Source: Octopus sinensis (lineage: Eukaryota). Taken from it: a stretch of DNA of 64,000 bases. Of the stretch, positions 13,942 through 27,232 are shown in pieces. The DNA is taken from the NCBI RefSeq assembly GCF_006345805.1, contig NW_021835960.1, positions 62,001 through 126,000 of the forward strand, read 5' to 3'. How positions within the stretch are numbered: position 1 is the first letter of the stretch; the number at the start of each line of letters is the position of its first letter. The notes under the pieces are model-generated. The model was given only the letters and a program-made list of their open reading frames with translations, did no database searches and was not told the DNA's origin. A program made the translations under genes and the position numbers.

Positions 13942-14969
13942 TTGTCCCTCTCTCCCTCTCTCTACTACTCAGTCTACTCCCTCCCTTCCTCCTTCCTCTC
14001 TCTCTACTACTCATTCTACTCCCTCCCTTCCTCCTTCCTCTCTCTCTACTACTCATTCTACACCCTCCCTTCCTCCTTCCTCTCTCTCGATTACTCATTC
14101 TACTCCTCCTTCCTCCTTCCTCTCTCTCTACTACTCATTCTACCCTCCCCTTCCTCCTTCCTCTCTCTCTACAACTCATTCTACTCCCTCCCTTCCTCCT
14201 TCCTCTCTCTCTACTACTCATTTTACTCCCTCCCTTCCTCCTGCCTTTCTCTCTACTACTCAGTCTACACCCTCCCTTCTTCCTTCCTCTCTCTCTACTA
14301 CTCATTCTACTCCCTTCCTCTTTCCTCTCTCTTTCTCTACTACTCATTCTACTCCCTCCCTTCATCTCTCTCTATTACTCATTCTACTCCCCTTCCACCA
14401 TCCTCTCTACTACTCATTTTACTCCCTCCCTTCCTCCTGCCTTTCTCTCTACTACTCAGTCTACTCCCTCCCTTCCTCCTTCTCTCTCTGTTTACTACTC
14501 ATTCTACTCCCTCCCTTCCTCCTTCCTCTCTCTACTACTCATTCTACTCCCTCCCTTCCTCCTTCCTCTCTCTCTACTACTCATTCTACACCCTCCCTTC
14601 CTCCTTCCTCTCTCTCTCTCTCTACAACTCATTCTACACCCTCCCTTCCTCCTTCCTCTCTCTCTACTACTCAGTCTACACCCTCCCTTCTTCCTTCCTC
14701 TCTCTCTACTACTCATTCTACTCCCTTCCTCTTTCCTCTCTCTTTCTCTACTACTCATTCTACTCCCTCCCTTCATATCTCTCTACTCATTCTACTCCCC
14801 TTCTACCATCCTCTCTGCTACTCATTTTACTCCCTCCCTTCCTCCTGCCTTTCTCTCTACTACTCAGTCTACTCCCTCCCTTCCTCCTTCTCTCTCTGTT
14901 TACTACTCATTCTACTCCCTCCCTTCCTCCTTCCTCTCTCTACTACTCATTCTACTCCCTCCCTTCCTC
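13942..14969. repeat. Pyrimidine-rich minisatellite (unit about 36-40 bp) with higher-order duplication
   Basis: Unit ctctctctactactcattctactccctcccttcctccttc; the run of variant units at about 14250-14560 recurs at about 14665-14969. Confidence 0.95.
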
Positions 14970-15185
14970 AGAAAAAAAACAAAAAAAACAAAACAAATTG
15001 GTATTAGTTGCATAAATAATAGAAATGATAGTGGTGAATGTGGTGAAGCTGTGGCATTAATGCTGTGTTTATATGGTGGTGGTGACAACTGCAGTGGTGG
15101 TGTGGAATTAATGGTGTATGAATGTGATAGTTCTGTGGTGGTATCAATAATTACATGTATGTATGTATGTATGTATGTATGTATA

Positions 15186-15412
15186 CTCTTTTACTTGTTT
15201 CAATCATTTGACTGCGGCCATGCTGGAGCACCGCCTTTAGTTGAGAAAATCGACCCCAGGACTTATTCTTCGGAAGCCTAGTACTTATTCTATTGGTCAC
15301 TTTTGGCGAACTGCTAAGTTACGGGGACGTAAACACACCACCATCGGTTATCATGCGATGATGGGGGGACAAACACAGACACACAAACATATACACACGG
15401 ACACACACACAT

Positions 15413-15449
<37 letters not shown>

Positions 15450-15608
15450 TATATGATGGGCTTCTTTCAGTTTCCGTCTACCAGATCCACTCACAAGGCT
15501 TTGGTCGGTCCTAGGCTATAGCAGAAAACATTTGCCCAAGGTGCCACGCAGTGGGAATGAACCCAGAACCATGTGGTTGGTAAGCAAGCTACTTACCACA
15601 CAGCCACT
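15186..15608 (-). mobile_element. SINE family A, full length
   Basis: Near-consensus copy. Confidence 0.9.
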
Positions 15609-16017
15609 ATGTATGTATGTGTATATGTATGTATGTAGGATTCATGTATGTATGCGTATGCATATGTATGTGTGTATGTATGAATATGTACATGTATGTG
15701 TATATGTATGTATGTGCGTAACTGTGTGTGCTTGCATGCCTCTGTGTGGGTGTGGGGGTGTGTGTGCTTGTATGCTTCTATGTGATGTGTGTGTGTGTGT
15801 GTGTGCATGTGCGTGATGTTGAATAAAGAGAGCAGTAATGAAAATTAACTGACATAACTAGAAAATGAATCTCATATTGCTTATCTCAGGAAGTCAAGGA
15901 GGTTTTGTCCATTTTACTATATTTATATATGTTTCTGTATGTGTGTTTGTGTTATATTTGTGTGTGAGTGTATGTATGTATATGTGTGTGTGTGTGTGTA
16001 TATATAAATATATATAT

Positions 16018-16427
16018 GGGCGTAGAAGTGGCTGTGTAGTAAGTAGCTTGCTTACAAAACACATGGTTTCGGGTTCAGTCCCACTGCGTGGTACCTTGGG
16101 CAAGTGTCTTCTACTATAGCCTCGGGCCAACCAAAGCCTTGTGAGTGGATTTGGTAGACGGAAACTGAAAAAAAGCTCGTGATATATATGTATATATATA
16201 CATGTATGTGTGTGTGTGTATATGTTTGTGTGTTTGTGTTGGTCCCCCCAACATCGCTTGACAACCGATGCTGGTGTGGTTACGTCCCTGTAACTTAGTG
16301 GTTTGACAAAAGAGGCCGATAGAATAAGTACTAGGCTTACAAAGAATAACTCCTGGGATCAATTTGCTCGACTAAAGGCGGTGCTCCAGCATGGCCACAG
16401 TCACATGACTGAAACAAGTAAAAGAGA

Positions 16428-16428
<1 letters not shown>
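16018..16428 (+). mobile_element. SINE family A, full length
   Basis: Near-consensus copy. Confidence 0.9.
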
Positions 16429-16469
<41 letters not shown>

Positions 16470-17193
16470 TGTGTGTGTCTGTATCTGTGTAAATTCCTCT
16501 CTGAGTAAGTCTAGGTACTATTATGGAGTGTGTGATCTGAAATGATTACCACTGTCAGTTCTACAGGGCTGCCTAAACCTTGTACAGTTCGCCTTGTTAT
16601 GTCGACAATGTTCCTAGTGTCTTGCAGGGTTATGCTAAGCTTGTTTTGATAACTGAAGAAAGAACTGCATTAAAGAGTACATATTGAGCACTTCAACCCT
16701 GCCCCACCCCCTGCACCCTGCACCCGCCTCTGGCACCTGCCAGCCTCTGTACCTCTCCCCTTATGTCTTTTAATGGCCGCCCTCCCTGCTGCCTTATTTA
16801 TATACCTATGTTCCCTTTCTCTGCACCATCTGAATTCCTTCTTTATTCTTTCCATGTTCAGTAGTTATCTTTTGTTTTTGCTACATGTGTGCGTGTGTGT
16901 GTGTGTGTATTTATACAATCATAGATATAAATGTATACATATATACATAGTTACACACATACATATAAATATACACATATATACTCATACATATATATAT
17001 ATATATATATACACATGCATACACACGCATTTATATTTGTTTGTGTGTATGTGTGTGTATTTATATATACATACATGCGTGTGTATGCATGTGTATATAT
17101 ATATACACATGCATACACACGCATTTATATTTGTTTGTGTGTGTATTTATATATACATACATAGATATAAATATACACATATATACATATAGT

Positions 17194-17356
17194 AGGCGTA
17201 GGCATGGTTGTGTGCTAAGTACCTTGCTTACCAACCACATGGAACCGGGTTCAGTCCTGCTGTGTGGTACCTTTGACAAATGTCTTCTACTATCGCCTTG
17301 GGCTGACCAAAGCCTTGTAAGTGGATTTGGTAGATGGTAACTGAAAGAAGCCCGCC

Positions 17357-17421
<65 letters not shown>

Positions 17422-17644
17422 TATATGTGTGAGTGTATATGTTTGTGTGTCTGTGTCTGTCCCACCGCTATCATTTGACAACCAATGCTGGTGTGTTTGT
17501 GTCTCCGTAACTTAGCAGTTCAGCAAAAGAGACCGATTGAATAAATACTGGGCTTACAAAGAGTAAGTCGTGGGGTCGATTTGTTCGACTAAAGGCAATG
17601 CTCCTGCATGGCTGCAGTCAAATGACTGAAACAAATAAAAGAAT
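17194..17644 (+). mobile_element. SINE family A with (TA)n
   Basis: aggcgtaggcatggttgtgtg head through the gactgaaacaaataaaag tail. Confidence 0.88.
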
Positions 17645-18849
17645 ATAGTTACACACACACACACATACACACATACACAACACATACACACAGATATTTA
17701 TATTTGTTTTTAATAAAGTGTTGCTCCTTATACCCAATGCTGGTTCTATACTGTCTGTCTTACCGTTTCTCTTATTCCTCACTTTCTCTTACTCTCTCAC
17801 TCTCTCAATACTTGTGGATGGTAATGGTAGAAGCAGGACATTCTCTTTCATCCTGCACTGTTACTTATATTGCTCAGGTTCCCTAAGGTACCATCTCTTC
17901 TCTATCATTGATTGCCTTTTTTTTTTCTGGTCTCATTCCCACTTTTGCCTTCACCCAAACACACACCCACCACCACTCATTCTTAATTTTTTTTTTTTTT
18001 GCCTTTCATCCTCCTCCGTCCTCTACAATTCCTTACTTTTCTTCCCTACTGACAAATATCTATTCTTTTGAGTGGTTTTTTTTTTCTTTCTTTCTTTTCC
18101 TTTTGAGTTTCGGGTTTTCTTAAGGGAAAACAAGTATGAACGAGAAAGAAAAGGAAAGAAAAGGAATGAAAGTAAAACCATTGAAATCATGGTTTTAAAT
18201 TATCAGCCATTGATTTTGTTATGAATGGAAGTTAATTGTGTTGAAATATCAGCCATGTCTTAACTTTTGAATATATCATTCTTTTGAATGATATATTTTC
18301 CTCCACTGAGATTCATATTTATATCATTGTTATCCAATTACCAGTTACATCATTCAGCGTTGTACATGCCTATAACTGTAGCTGTATTGTATTTTATAAA
18401 TTGTTGCATTCGGTGCTCTTCTATTGACTACATATGTTTATTTTGATGGTTTTACTTTTTACTGTCACATGTTACCTCTCTGTACTGAATAACAGCTGTC
18501 AACCAGGATCTTTACACTTTATTTGTACTAGATGAAGGAGTTTGCTTTGGGGTATCTCTTTCATTGGAAGAATGCTATCTATTTTCAGAATGTCTGATCA
18601 CAGCTTGACAACTCAGGTTGTGAGAAGTGGTCATATGTGTGGCATAGTGCTTAAGAAGTCCACTTTGAAATCATGTGGTCTTGCGTTCAGTTCTACAGCA
18701 TGGCATCTTGGGCAAGCAAATTTATGTGTCTTTACCATACTCTCAGGTTTACTCATGCTGTGTGAATGAAAATGGGTAGCAGGAAACTGTGTGGAAGCCT
18801 GTTGGGTGGGATGTAAAAGCACCTGTGCAGTTCTATGTAAAAGTACCCA

Positions 18850-19040
18850 CATGGTGCCAACGTAATGACACCCAGCACATTTTGTAAAGTGGTTGGTGTT
18901 AGGAAGGGCATCCAGCCACAGAAACCATACCAAATCAGACTGGAGTCTAGTGTAGCTCTCCAGCTTGCCAGCTCTGGTCAAACTGTCCAACCCATGCCAG
19001 CATGGACAACAGATGTTAAACGATCATGATGATGATGATG
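18850..19040 (+). mobile_element. RTE LINE 3' UTR fragment
   Basis: ggttggtgttaggaagggcatccagcc ... (GAT)n tail. Confidence 0.8.
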
Positions 19041-20640
19041 GTGCATGTTAATTTAATTATTAGACTATTAAAAATTGATTAACCGCATGCTTCAGGTTCA
19101 GCCACACTGTTTCGTAAGTGTCTTCTACAAATAGCCCTGAGCCAACCAATGCCTTGTAAGTGAATTTGGTAAAAGCAACTGTGTGGACACCTATTATATA
19201 TGGCAATGTGGTTGTCAGTAGAAAGCCGATCATCAAAATCTAAAGGAAGCTGTAGTATGCACAGCAAGCAACACAGCTTCTGTCATCTACCATCTAACTT
19301 TTCTGGTTATTAACCAACCTTGTATTTACTACCATCTCGTGCATTCCATTAGAAATTTGTCCATAGAGAGCCATATTCACTAGAGACAGAATACCCCAGT
19401 GTTTGGTCGTAAGATTGTGATTTCAATTTCTCGACCAGGCAATGACATTGTGTTCTTGAGCAAAATACTCCATTTTACATTACCCCAATCCACTCACCTG
19501 GTAAAAATGAGTAATCTTGTAATGGACCAACTTCCATCCAGGGAGAAATATATACACCAGGGAAACCTGGAAACTGGTGCTATGCTCCTTACAGAGTAAT
19601 GTGGACTAGCCAGCCATAGGGAAAGAAGATAAATGTTATCCAGTATTTGTGTGTTAGGTGTCCTACATTATAAAATCTCTCACACAGCCATTCTCTCAAA
19701 TATCTTTTGTACACAAACAATGCCAAGCACAAAGTAATCAGTTTAACTGGGAAATGGAATCCCAATTAGCTACTCTTAATTGTTATGCTACTGCATAATG
19801 TGTGCTTGAAACTCCAATAAAGAGCAAGCAGCCCTATTGCTTAAGTAGCCAACTTTGGAAACAGACTCAAATTCACTTCCAATTAATGATTATATCCTTT
19901 TGTTCAATGTCACCGTTTCTTTCCCACGTAGGGAACTGAATTATTGCTGCAAATATCTGTATATTTAATGTATCAAATGTAACAGCATTGTTTTGTTGTT
20001 GTTGTTTTTTTCTTTTTTTTTTTTCATAGTTGCCTGTTATTGACATATTCAAATGTGGCATAAAGGTGACGCTTATTTTCAGATAAGGAAACTGGGCCAA
20101 ACATGGCAACAGGTTTTATTTATTTATTTATTCGTTTATTTATTTATTTATTCTATTTATGATTTTTATGGGGCTCAAATGCAAGAAACAAAACCAACCA
20201 AACAAACAAAACAAAAAACCCCTGCTAGAAAGGAGTCCAGAGTGACACCAATGTATGTACTGTTCATTTGTGTGTATAAATAGCTTGTGTTCAAATAGTT
20301 TGGCTGCAAATGATATATATTGACTCTGCAGCTTTAGCACCCCATCCCCCCTCCTCTCTTTCTGCACCCTCCTCTGCTACCTTTTCTTCTTCCTCTTCAT
20401 CTGTTTCTTCTGCTTCCTCCTTCCTCCTTTCTTATCTCCTTTGCTTCTCCACCTCTTCCTTTGCTCCTAGTTCCCTTGTTCCTCTTCCTATTCTGCTTCA
20501 TCTTCTTCTGGCTCTGTTTCCTTCTCTTCCCCCTCCTCCTCCTGCCTCTCTGTGCTTTCTCCTCCCCCCCCCATCCCTGTTGTCATCACCACTACCGCCT
20601 CCAATAAGAAGTCTGAAACCAACAAGGAAGCCAACTAGAC

Positions 20641-21006
20641 CAGTAGTTCTCAACAAGAGTCCATATGACCCCTGGGGGTCCATATAAGGGTTTGGGCAGG
20701 GTTCACACTAGAAAATAGTAAATTGGGGATCCTCAATAGTATTTTAAGGGTCCACGAAAATAGTTGATTTTTATGTATTTATTGCAAAAAAAAGAAAACA
20801 AAAGAAAAAGAAAAACAACAGCTTGGTTCCTTTCTCTAATATTTTACATAGTTCATCCTACACAAATTAACATGTGAAAAACAAAGTAGGAATTTTAAAA
20901 TAAGTATCTATACAACTAGTTATTAAACATCAAATGGCTATGGGGTCTACCTGAATAAAATAGTAATCAAAGGGATCCATAGGTAAAAAATAGTTGAGAA
21001 CCACTG
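20641..21006. mobile_element. hAT (Charlie-type) non-autonomous element
   Basis: TIRs CAGTAGTTCTCAAC / GTTGAGAACCACTG; 8-bp flanks aactagac / cactagac (7 of 8 match) fit a TSD. Confidence 0.88.
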
Positions 21007-21132
21007 CACTAGACTGTTGCTTGACCTCATAGAAATTATGATGACCGGCTAATGCTACATTGTATTATGTAGTATCAGATAAATGACACCTTAAAATAAA
21101 AAATAAAAGGTGGAATGGTTTAATCCAAAACT

Positions 21133-21367
21133 AAGGCGGCGAGCTGACAGAATCGTTAGCACGTCGGGCGAAATGCTCATCAGTATTTCATCTGTCGCTG
21201 CGTTCTGAGTTCAAATTCCGCCGAGGTCGACTTTGCCTTTCATCCTTTCGGGGTCGATTAAATAAGTACCAGTTACGCACTGGGGTCGATATGATCGACT
21301 TAATCCGTTTGTCCGTCCTTGTTTGTCCTCTCTTTGTTTGGCCCCTTGTGGGTAGTAAAGAAATAGG
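21133..21367 (+). mobile_element. SINE family B, full length
   Basis: aaggcggcgagctgacagaatcgttagcac head, B-box and core; CpGs retained. Confidence 0.9.
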
Positions 21368-22291
21368 TTGTAATCCAATGGTTTTTGTCATATGTCTATC
21401 CAATCAAGACCAACTTACCTTAAACAACAAGTCTTGTTTCTTGAGGTTGACTGGGTTGAACTGGTGTGCAATCCAGTAATACTACTGCGATATCTTCTCT
21501 CAATCCAGTGTTATCTTAGCTTTTGAGAATCTACTATGCTGAGATATGACCCCCTTCACTTCCTCCTATCTCTTTCATTGGCCTTCTTTTCCCTATTACA
21601 AACAGCTTTCTCAGTAATAGCTCATTTTTCTTTTTTTTTTTTTTTTACCTAGCAGGATTTATCCATTCACACTGCATATAATCAAGTAGATGACACAAAT
21701 CTCATTTCTGTCTGGCATCCACGTTATTTCATATAATCCTCCAAGTTTCACAAATGTCATGTTTAGGTGATATGTGTAGCAGTTACCAAATGCAACAGTA
21801 TAATTATAGCTTGCAGATTGTGGCATAGTGGAGAAGTAACAAGGAGAAGCTGAGAAAGGCTGCTTGTTACAAAGTTAAAGAAATGACAAATTGGGAATTG
21901 ACATAAGAGGTTTTAATAAACTGTTACAAAGTCTCACAACAGTGATGAATTGTTTTCAGTTTTGATGGAGAATCTCTTGTGGGCTGGCACTAAGTTGATG
22001 TGAAACTTGTGCAAGGTTGCCATTGATGAAAAGTTAACCGTCTGTTAATGCAGAGTAAAAAGAGAAAGGAATGTATATATATATATACATTAATTGAAAT
22101 GTACAGTTTTTATATATCCATTATGACCTATCTTACCAATCATTTTTGTTAAGGATTCAATGGAGTGCTAAGTTACAGTCTGATTATGTAACCCTGCACT
22201 CTTCAGAGACAGCTGTTATGGAATGAAATATGGTGACTGCTCTTCATTGTTGGAGGTGAATAGACACATCCAGTTTGTGATATATATATAT

Positions 22292-22390
22292 AGATAGATC
22301 AGACTGGGCCTGGTGCAGCCTTCTGCTTCCCAGACCCCAGTTGAACTGTCCCCCATGCTAGCATGGAAAGCGGACGCTAAATGATGATGA

Positions 22391-22455
<65 letters not shown>

Positions 22456-22639
22456 CATGGAGTGGTCTACACTCATGGAGTGGTCTACACTCACGGAGTG
22501 GTTGGCGTTAGGAAGGGCATCCAGCCGTAGAAACATTGCCAGATCAAACTGGGCCTGGTGCAGCCTTCTGGCTTCCCCGACCCCAGTTGAACCGTCCAAC
22601 TAGCATGGAAAGCGGACGCTAAACGATGATGATGATGAT

Positions 22640-22640
<1 letters not shown>
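22292..22640 (+). mobile_element. Two tandem RTE 3' UTR fragments with (GAT)n(TA)n tails
   Basis: ctgggcctggtgcagccttctg...agcatggaaagcggacgctaaa occurs twice. Confidence 0.85.
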
Positions 22641-22674
<34 letters not shown>

Positions 22675-24382
22675 GGGAAAGAGTTCTCTGAAAGTTGTAG
22701 AAGAAGGAGAATGTTTCCTTACAGGTAACTTGAATTTACAGCTGCCCTAAGGTTGCATGACATCATTGACAGTGGAAGCAAATAGATTTATCTGGATTGA
22801 TCTCTTGTCTCATCTTAGATGGTGGTGAATCTGACAGGTTGAACTTCATAAATTCTAAGTGCAATTCCAAGAACAATGGGAACTGACATGGAGATCGATT
22901 CTTGGTTATGAGAATCTAGTGTGTATCTCTAACACAAATATGCAGCCTCATTCCTTTTAGAGGAGAGAGAGGGGGAGTGGGGGGGCATTCTTTTTTTGGC
23001 CTGTAGAGGTAACAGCATCTTCTGCTCTGTGTGTACTCTAGTTCAGAGATGGAATGTAGCTTTCTGAAAAAAGTACAGCATTGAAATTTAAATCGTTATA
23101 TTGGAATATTTTTGTTGATTTAAGTTGTTTAAAGCCTACGTTTTCAGATACTTGTGAATTTTTTTGGAAACATCTATTTAGATTTCTTTATCTATATTTA
23201 TAATTACTTCTTTGCACATAATTACAACTGTGTTGAAAGCAGAAATCTGTAAAAAAAAATTTCCAAAAAATAAGACCAAACAAAAACCTTACTATTTTTA
23301 AACTTAGGAGTGCTTATTCAAAACTCTAACATTTAATAATATTCGTTAAAGTTTTTATGAACAAGTGCATTTTATAAAGTAATAGCTTTCCATTATTAAC
23401 ATTTTTTCTGAAATGCATTTTTGTCAGATGGCAGCTGTTTCCCCACCCTCATTCCAGCTACTCTATTTTCACTATAACCACCACAAGCATTAAGTATTAT
23501 TGTGAAATCAAGTTAGCACTGCGTGTTGAGATATATTACAATGGTGATCATCTCATCTTTAATTTTTTTCTTTTTGACTTAGAGTACCTTGGACTACATT
23601 GTCCAATTTATTGGTGTTTTTTTTTTTTGTTTTTTAAGATATTAAGGTGTAGTTTGAGGGAGATTTGGCTGCTATTTCTTCTACAGCAAAACTCCTTCAT
23701 TGGCAAGAGTAATCCTCCCTCCCATCTCTGTCTCTTCCTTCCTGCTTGTCTCTCTTTCTATCTATCTATTATCTATCTATCTATGTATGTGTGTGATGTG
23801 TGTGTGTGTGCACTGTATATATATATATATATACACATATATATTTACTCATTCATTCATTCATTCATTGGTGATAAATATATGAGGATATACATAATAT
23901 ATGCATGATATGGTACAACTAATTCTAAAACTTAACATTCCAGAAGGCAATATTTGCCATAGTTTGGGTGGTAAAATCATTGAAAGTTTATTTGAAGATT
24001 AAGAGCTAGCATGTGTGTGCATGTGTGTGTGTGTGTGTAGTGCGTGTGTAAAAATGAATAAAATTAAATACATTTTGATTGCATTTGGAAGATAAACCAC
24101 TTTAAATATAATGGCCAATAGCAAACACTGGAGTGCTACAGTAACCTGATACCATTTAGTTATTTGCCAATATCAGAAAAAGAATTTTTATGCTGAGAGG
24201 TGTTATTTATTTTTTTTTACTATTTTGTTTCTCATGTGATTCTACGCTTGGGCAATAGTTCCCTAACAGACGTGAAGGTGTGAGTTCAATCCTATTTTTA
24301 GCTATTGTGGGTTCACCGTAGATGAATGATACAAACATGACAAATGTTGTTAAGCTATAGCTAACCTACAGCATCACACATA

Positions 24383-24767
24383 TCTTTATATATAAAAAGA
24401 AGTTGTGTGTCTGTCTCCTACGATTTAGATTCCTAACTACTCCCACATTTTGCGGTGCAGTTTAACCAAAACCGGGTATCTTATAGTCATGATTCATATC
24501 GAGCCCTTCTGGGTATTAGCGCACGTTACAATGATTCTACGATTTAAAAAAAAAATTACCATAATTTTTTCCATTTTAATGCATTTTTTTCGCTATTATA
24601 TAAGGGAATTAACTCTCTAAAAATGTCTACAATGAGTCAACAATTAAAAAAAAAATTTACCATCATTTTTTTCCCATTTTTAATGCATTTTTTGGCTATA
24701 ACTCTCTAAAAATGCTTATATAGTTATTTCCCTTACAAACCCGAGCAACACCGGGCGATACTGCTAG
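24383..24767 (+). mobile_element. Non-autonomous Helitron
   Basis: Starts A|TCTTTATATATAAAA, ends CTAG|T; subterminal hairpin CCCGagcaacacCGGG (24740-24755); no TSD. Confidence 0.8.
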
Positions 24768-24840
24768 TGGTTTATAAGCAGTGCTAGATGTACTCAAAGT
24801 ATGTAACTGAAATGACATAAGTGAAATTCGAAGTTTGAAA

Positions 24841-25506
24841 CCCTTTAACATTCAAATTATTCTGTCAGAAGTAATGCTTATTTATTCTTATTGTTTTGAA
24901 ATTAATCATGCATTAACTTGTAGCCTTGAGATTTTGATGAGGTAACTGTTAATCTATTATAAAAATCCATGTGCAAGTACATCAGCTGTTGTGATCGATA
25001 CTACGCGTACACGAGAAAAATGGATGTGCAGTTTGCGCAAAAAAAGACGGCTTCCATTTTTTGTTGTTTTTGTACTGCTTAAAGGCACGTTTCTTTCCTG
25101 CCAAGCTTACTGTTTAAACCATGTTTGTGTTCTCCCAGTCAACAGCCTTATCATTACTGGTACTTTAAACTCTTCAGTTGCATATTTGTGTGAATAAAAT
25201 CGTTTTTCTTTGGAATAGAAAAAAAGTGTATCTTTTTTCTTCTTTTTTCTTTTGTGGGTGTCTCAAATTTAGGGTATATCAGTGTTTCTCAAAGGGGAGG
25301 CCTATGGGACGGTCGGACAAGTTGTTTTGAGAAAATTTGGTTTAAATGCCTGACAACTCAGCACCGTCCATTCGACGGGGGGGGGGCGTTTTTCACGATT
25401 TTATTAATATTGTAGGGTTGGCGTGAAGAGCCAGACACAGCCAGTTTGAACATAAGAAACAGGTAGAAAATTTTGGCTGGATATGGCTGGTTTAAATGCT
25501 AACAGG
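24841..25506. mobile_element. piggyBac-like MITE interrupted by an insert of about 445 bp
   Basis: 24841-24960 and 25410-25506 together match the reverse complement of the intact copies at 40437 and 50986. Confidence 0.7.
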
Positions 25507-27074
25507 TTGAAGGTTTATGCATTTATTGATCTGTTTTCAGTTTATTTGGGACATTTTGCTAGTTTTATTATCAAGTATATTATCATTAAATAGATTTTTT
25601 TTTTCTTTTGAAAATGCTTTCTAAATTGATTAGAAAATTTTATTGTCTCACTGATAGAATTATGCAATCTAGCAGTTTAAATTATCTACTTACAATTGCT
25701 AGTTTCTATTTTCTAAATGACACATGCAAATGTTACAAAGCATGTTACTGCGGGCCCTACTTAGAGAATTATCAGTGGGGCCCACCACTCTACAAAAGCT
25801 GAAGATTGATGTTTTATGCTTTGTGTAGTATGCCAGTTCCAGCCAAAAAGTATTGAGGGTTTGAGGCTACACCATTGGGCAAAAAGATATACTGAAAATT
25901 CTTCATAACATCCTTTCCTTGAATGTGTGCACAGAGTCTTCTCTTGGCATGAGACCCACTCTTGGTGCAGGACCCAATTTGAACAAATCTGTGATTGGCT
26001 TACAACCAGCCCTGTGTATGTGTGTGTACATCTTTTATGTCTTAACTTTTACTTGTTTCAATCATTGACTGTGGCTGTACTGGGGTGCCACCTTGAATGG
26101 GTTTAGTCAAACAAATTGATTCCAGTACCTTTTTTTTTTTTAGTATTTATTCTATTGGTCTCTTTCCACAAACCCCTATATCACAAGGACATAAAGAAAC
26201 CAACACTGGTTGTGAAGCAGTTGTGCTCTGACAAACACACACAGGTATATGGTGTGCTTCACACAGTTTCATCACATGGATTCACTCACAAGGGATAGTT
26301 GACTCAAGGCTATATAACTTCTACCTTTTATGCGTTTCATTCATTAGACTGTGACCATGCTAGAGCACTACTTTGATTTTAGTTGTATGAATTTACCCTA
26401 CTACTTATTTCGAACCACATGTTTTGAGGTTCAGTCCTACTGTGTGGCACCTTGTTATTGGATTTAAAAGACAGAAATTGTACCAAAACAGGCAAAATGG
26501 AACCTGGGCAGCTCCTGTCAAACTGTCCAACCCATGGAGAAGGGACATTAAATGATGATGATGATGAGATATTTGTATGTGTGTGTGAGTTTCTGTATGT
26601 TTGTGTCTCCTTGATTTCACATCATGTGATTGTTGTAAATGAATGTCATTCATTCCCAAAAATCTGCAAAATCATGTCTGGCCATGGGAAAATATTTACA
26701 TTGCTTTGAAACAGGTCGGATTAGTAATGGGAAGCGCATTCATTTGTAGAACATTTGCCTCAATAAACTCTGTCTGACCCATGCAATATGGGAAAATGGA
26801 CTTAAAGACAATTATAATCACAGTGATATATGTCTGTCTGTCTGTAGGTAGGCAGGCAGGCTCATACATAATTCTTTGGTTAAAAACTTTACTTCACAAA
26901 CATGTGGTTTTGGGTTCAGTGCCACCATGTGACACTGGGCCAACTGATGTCAAATACAATAAGTTCATTGTTATTATCATAAAGAAGTCACTAGCCCAGG
27001 GTGCCATGCAGTGGTTATTTGAACTCCAAATCACATGTTGCAAATTGAACTTCTAACCTCACAGCCATATCAGG

Positions 27075-27133
27075 ACCTCTCTCTCTCTCTCTCCTCTCTC
27101 TCTCTTCTCTCTCCTCTCTCTATCTCTCTCTCT

Positions 27134-27169
<36 letters not shown>

Positions 27170-27232
27170 ATCTCTCCTCTCTCTCTCTTCTCTCTCTTCT
27201 CTCTCTTCTCCTCTCTCTCTCTCTCTCTCTCC
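27075..27232. repeat. (CT)n microsatellite, interrupted
   Basis: Direct inspection. Confidence 0.95.

Noticed and set aside
13942-15015. 357-aa Ser/Leu/Tyr repeat ORF
   Set aside because: It is the translation of a G-poor minisatellite, which lacks stop codons by composition.
24990-25100. CpG cluster as the Fer promoter
   Set aside because: It sits inside an insertion that splits a MITE, so a transposon origin is more likely.
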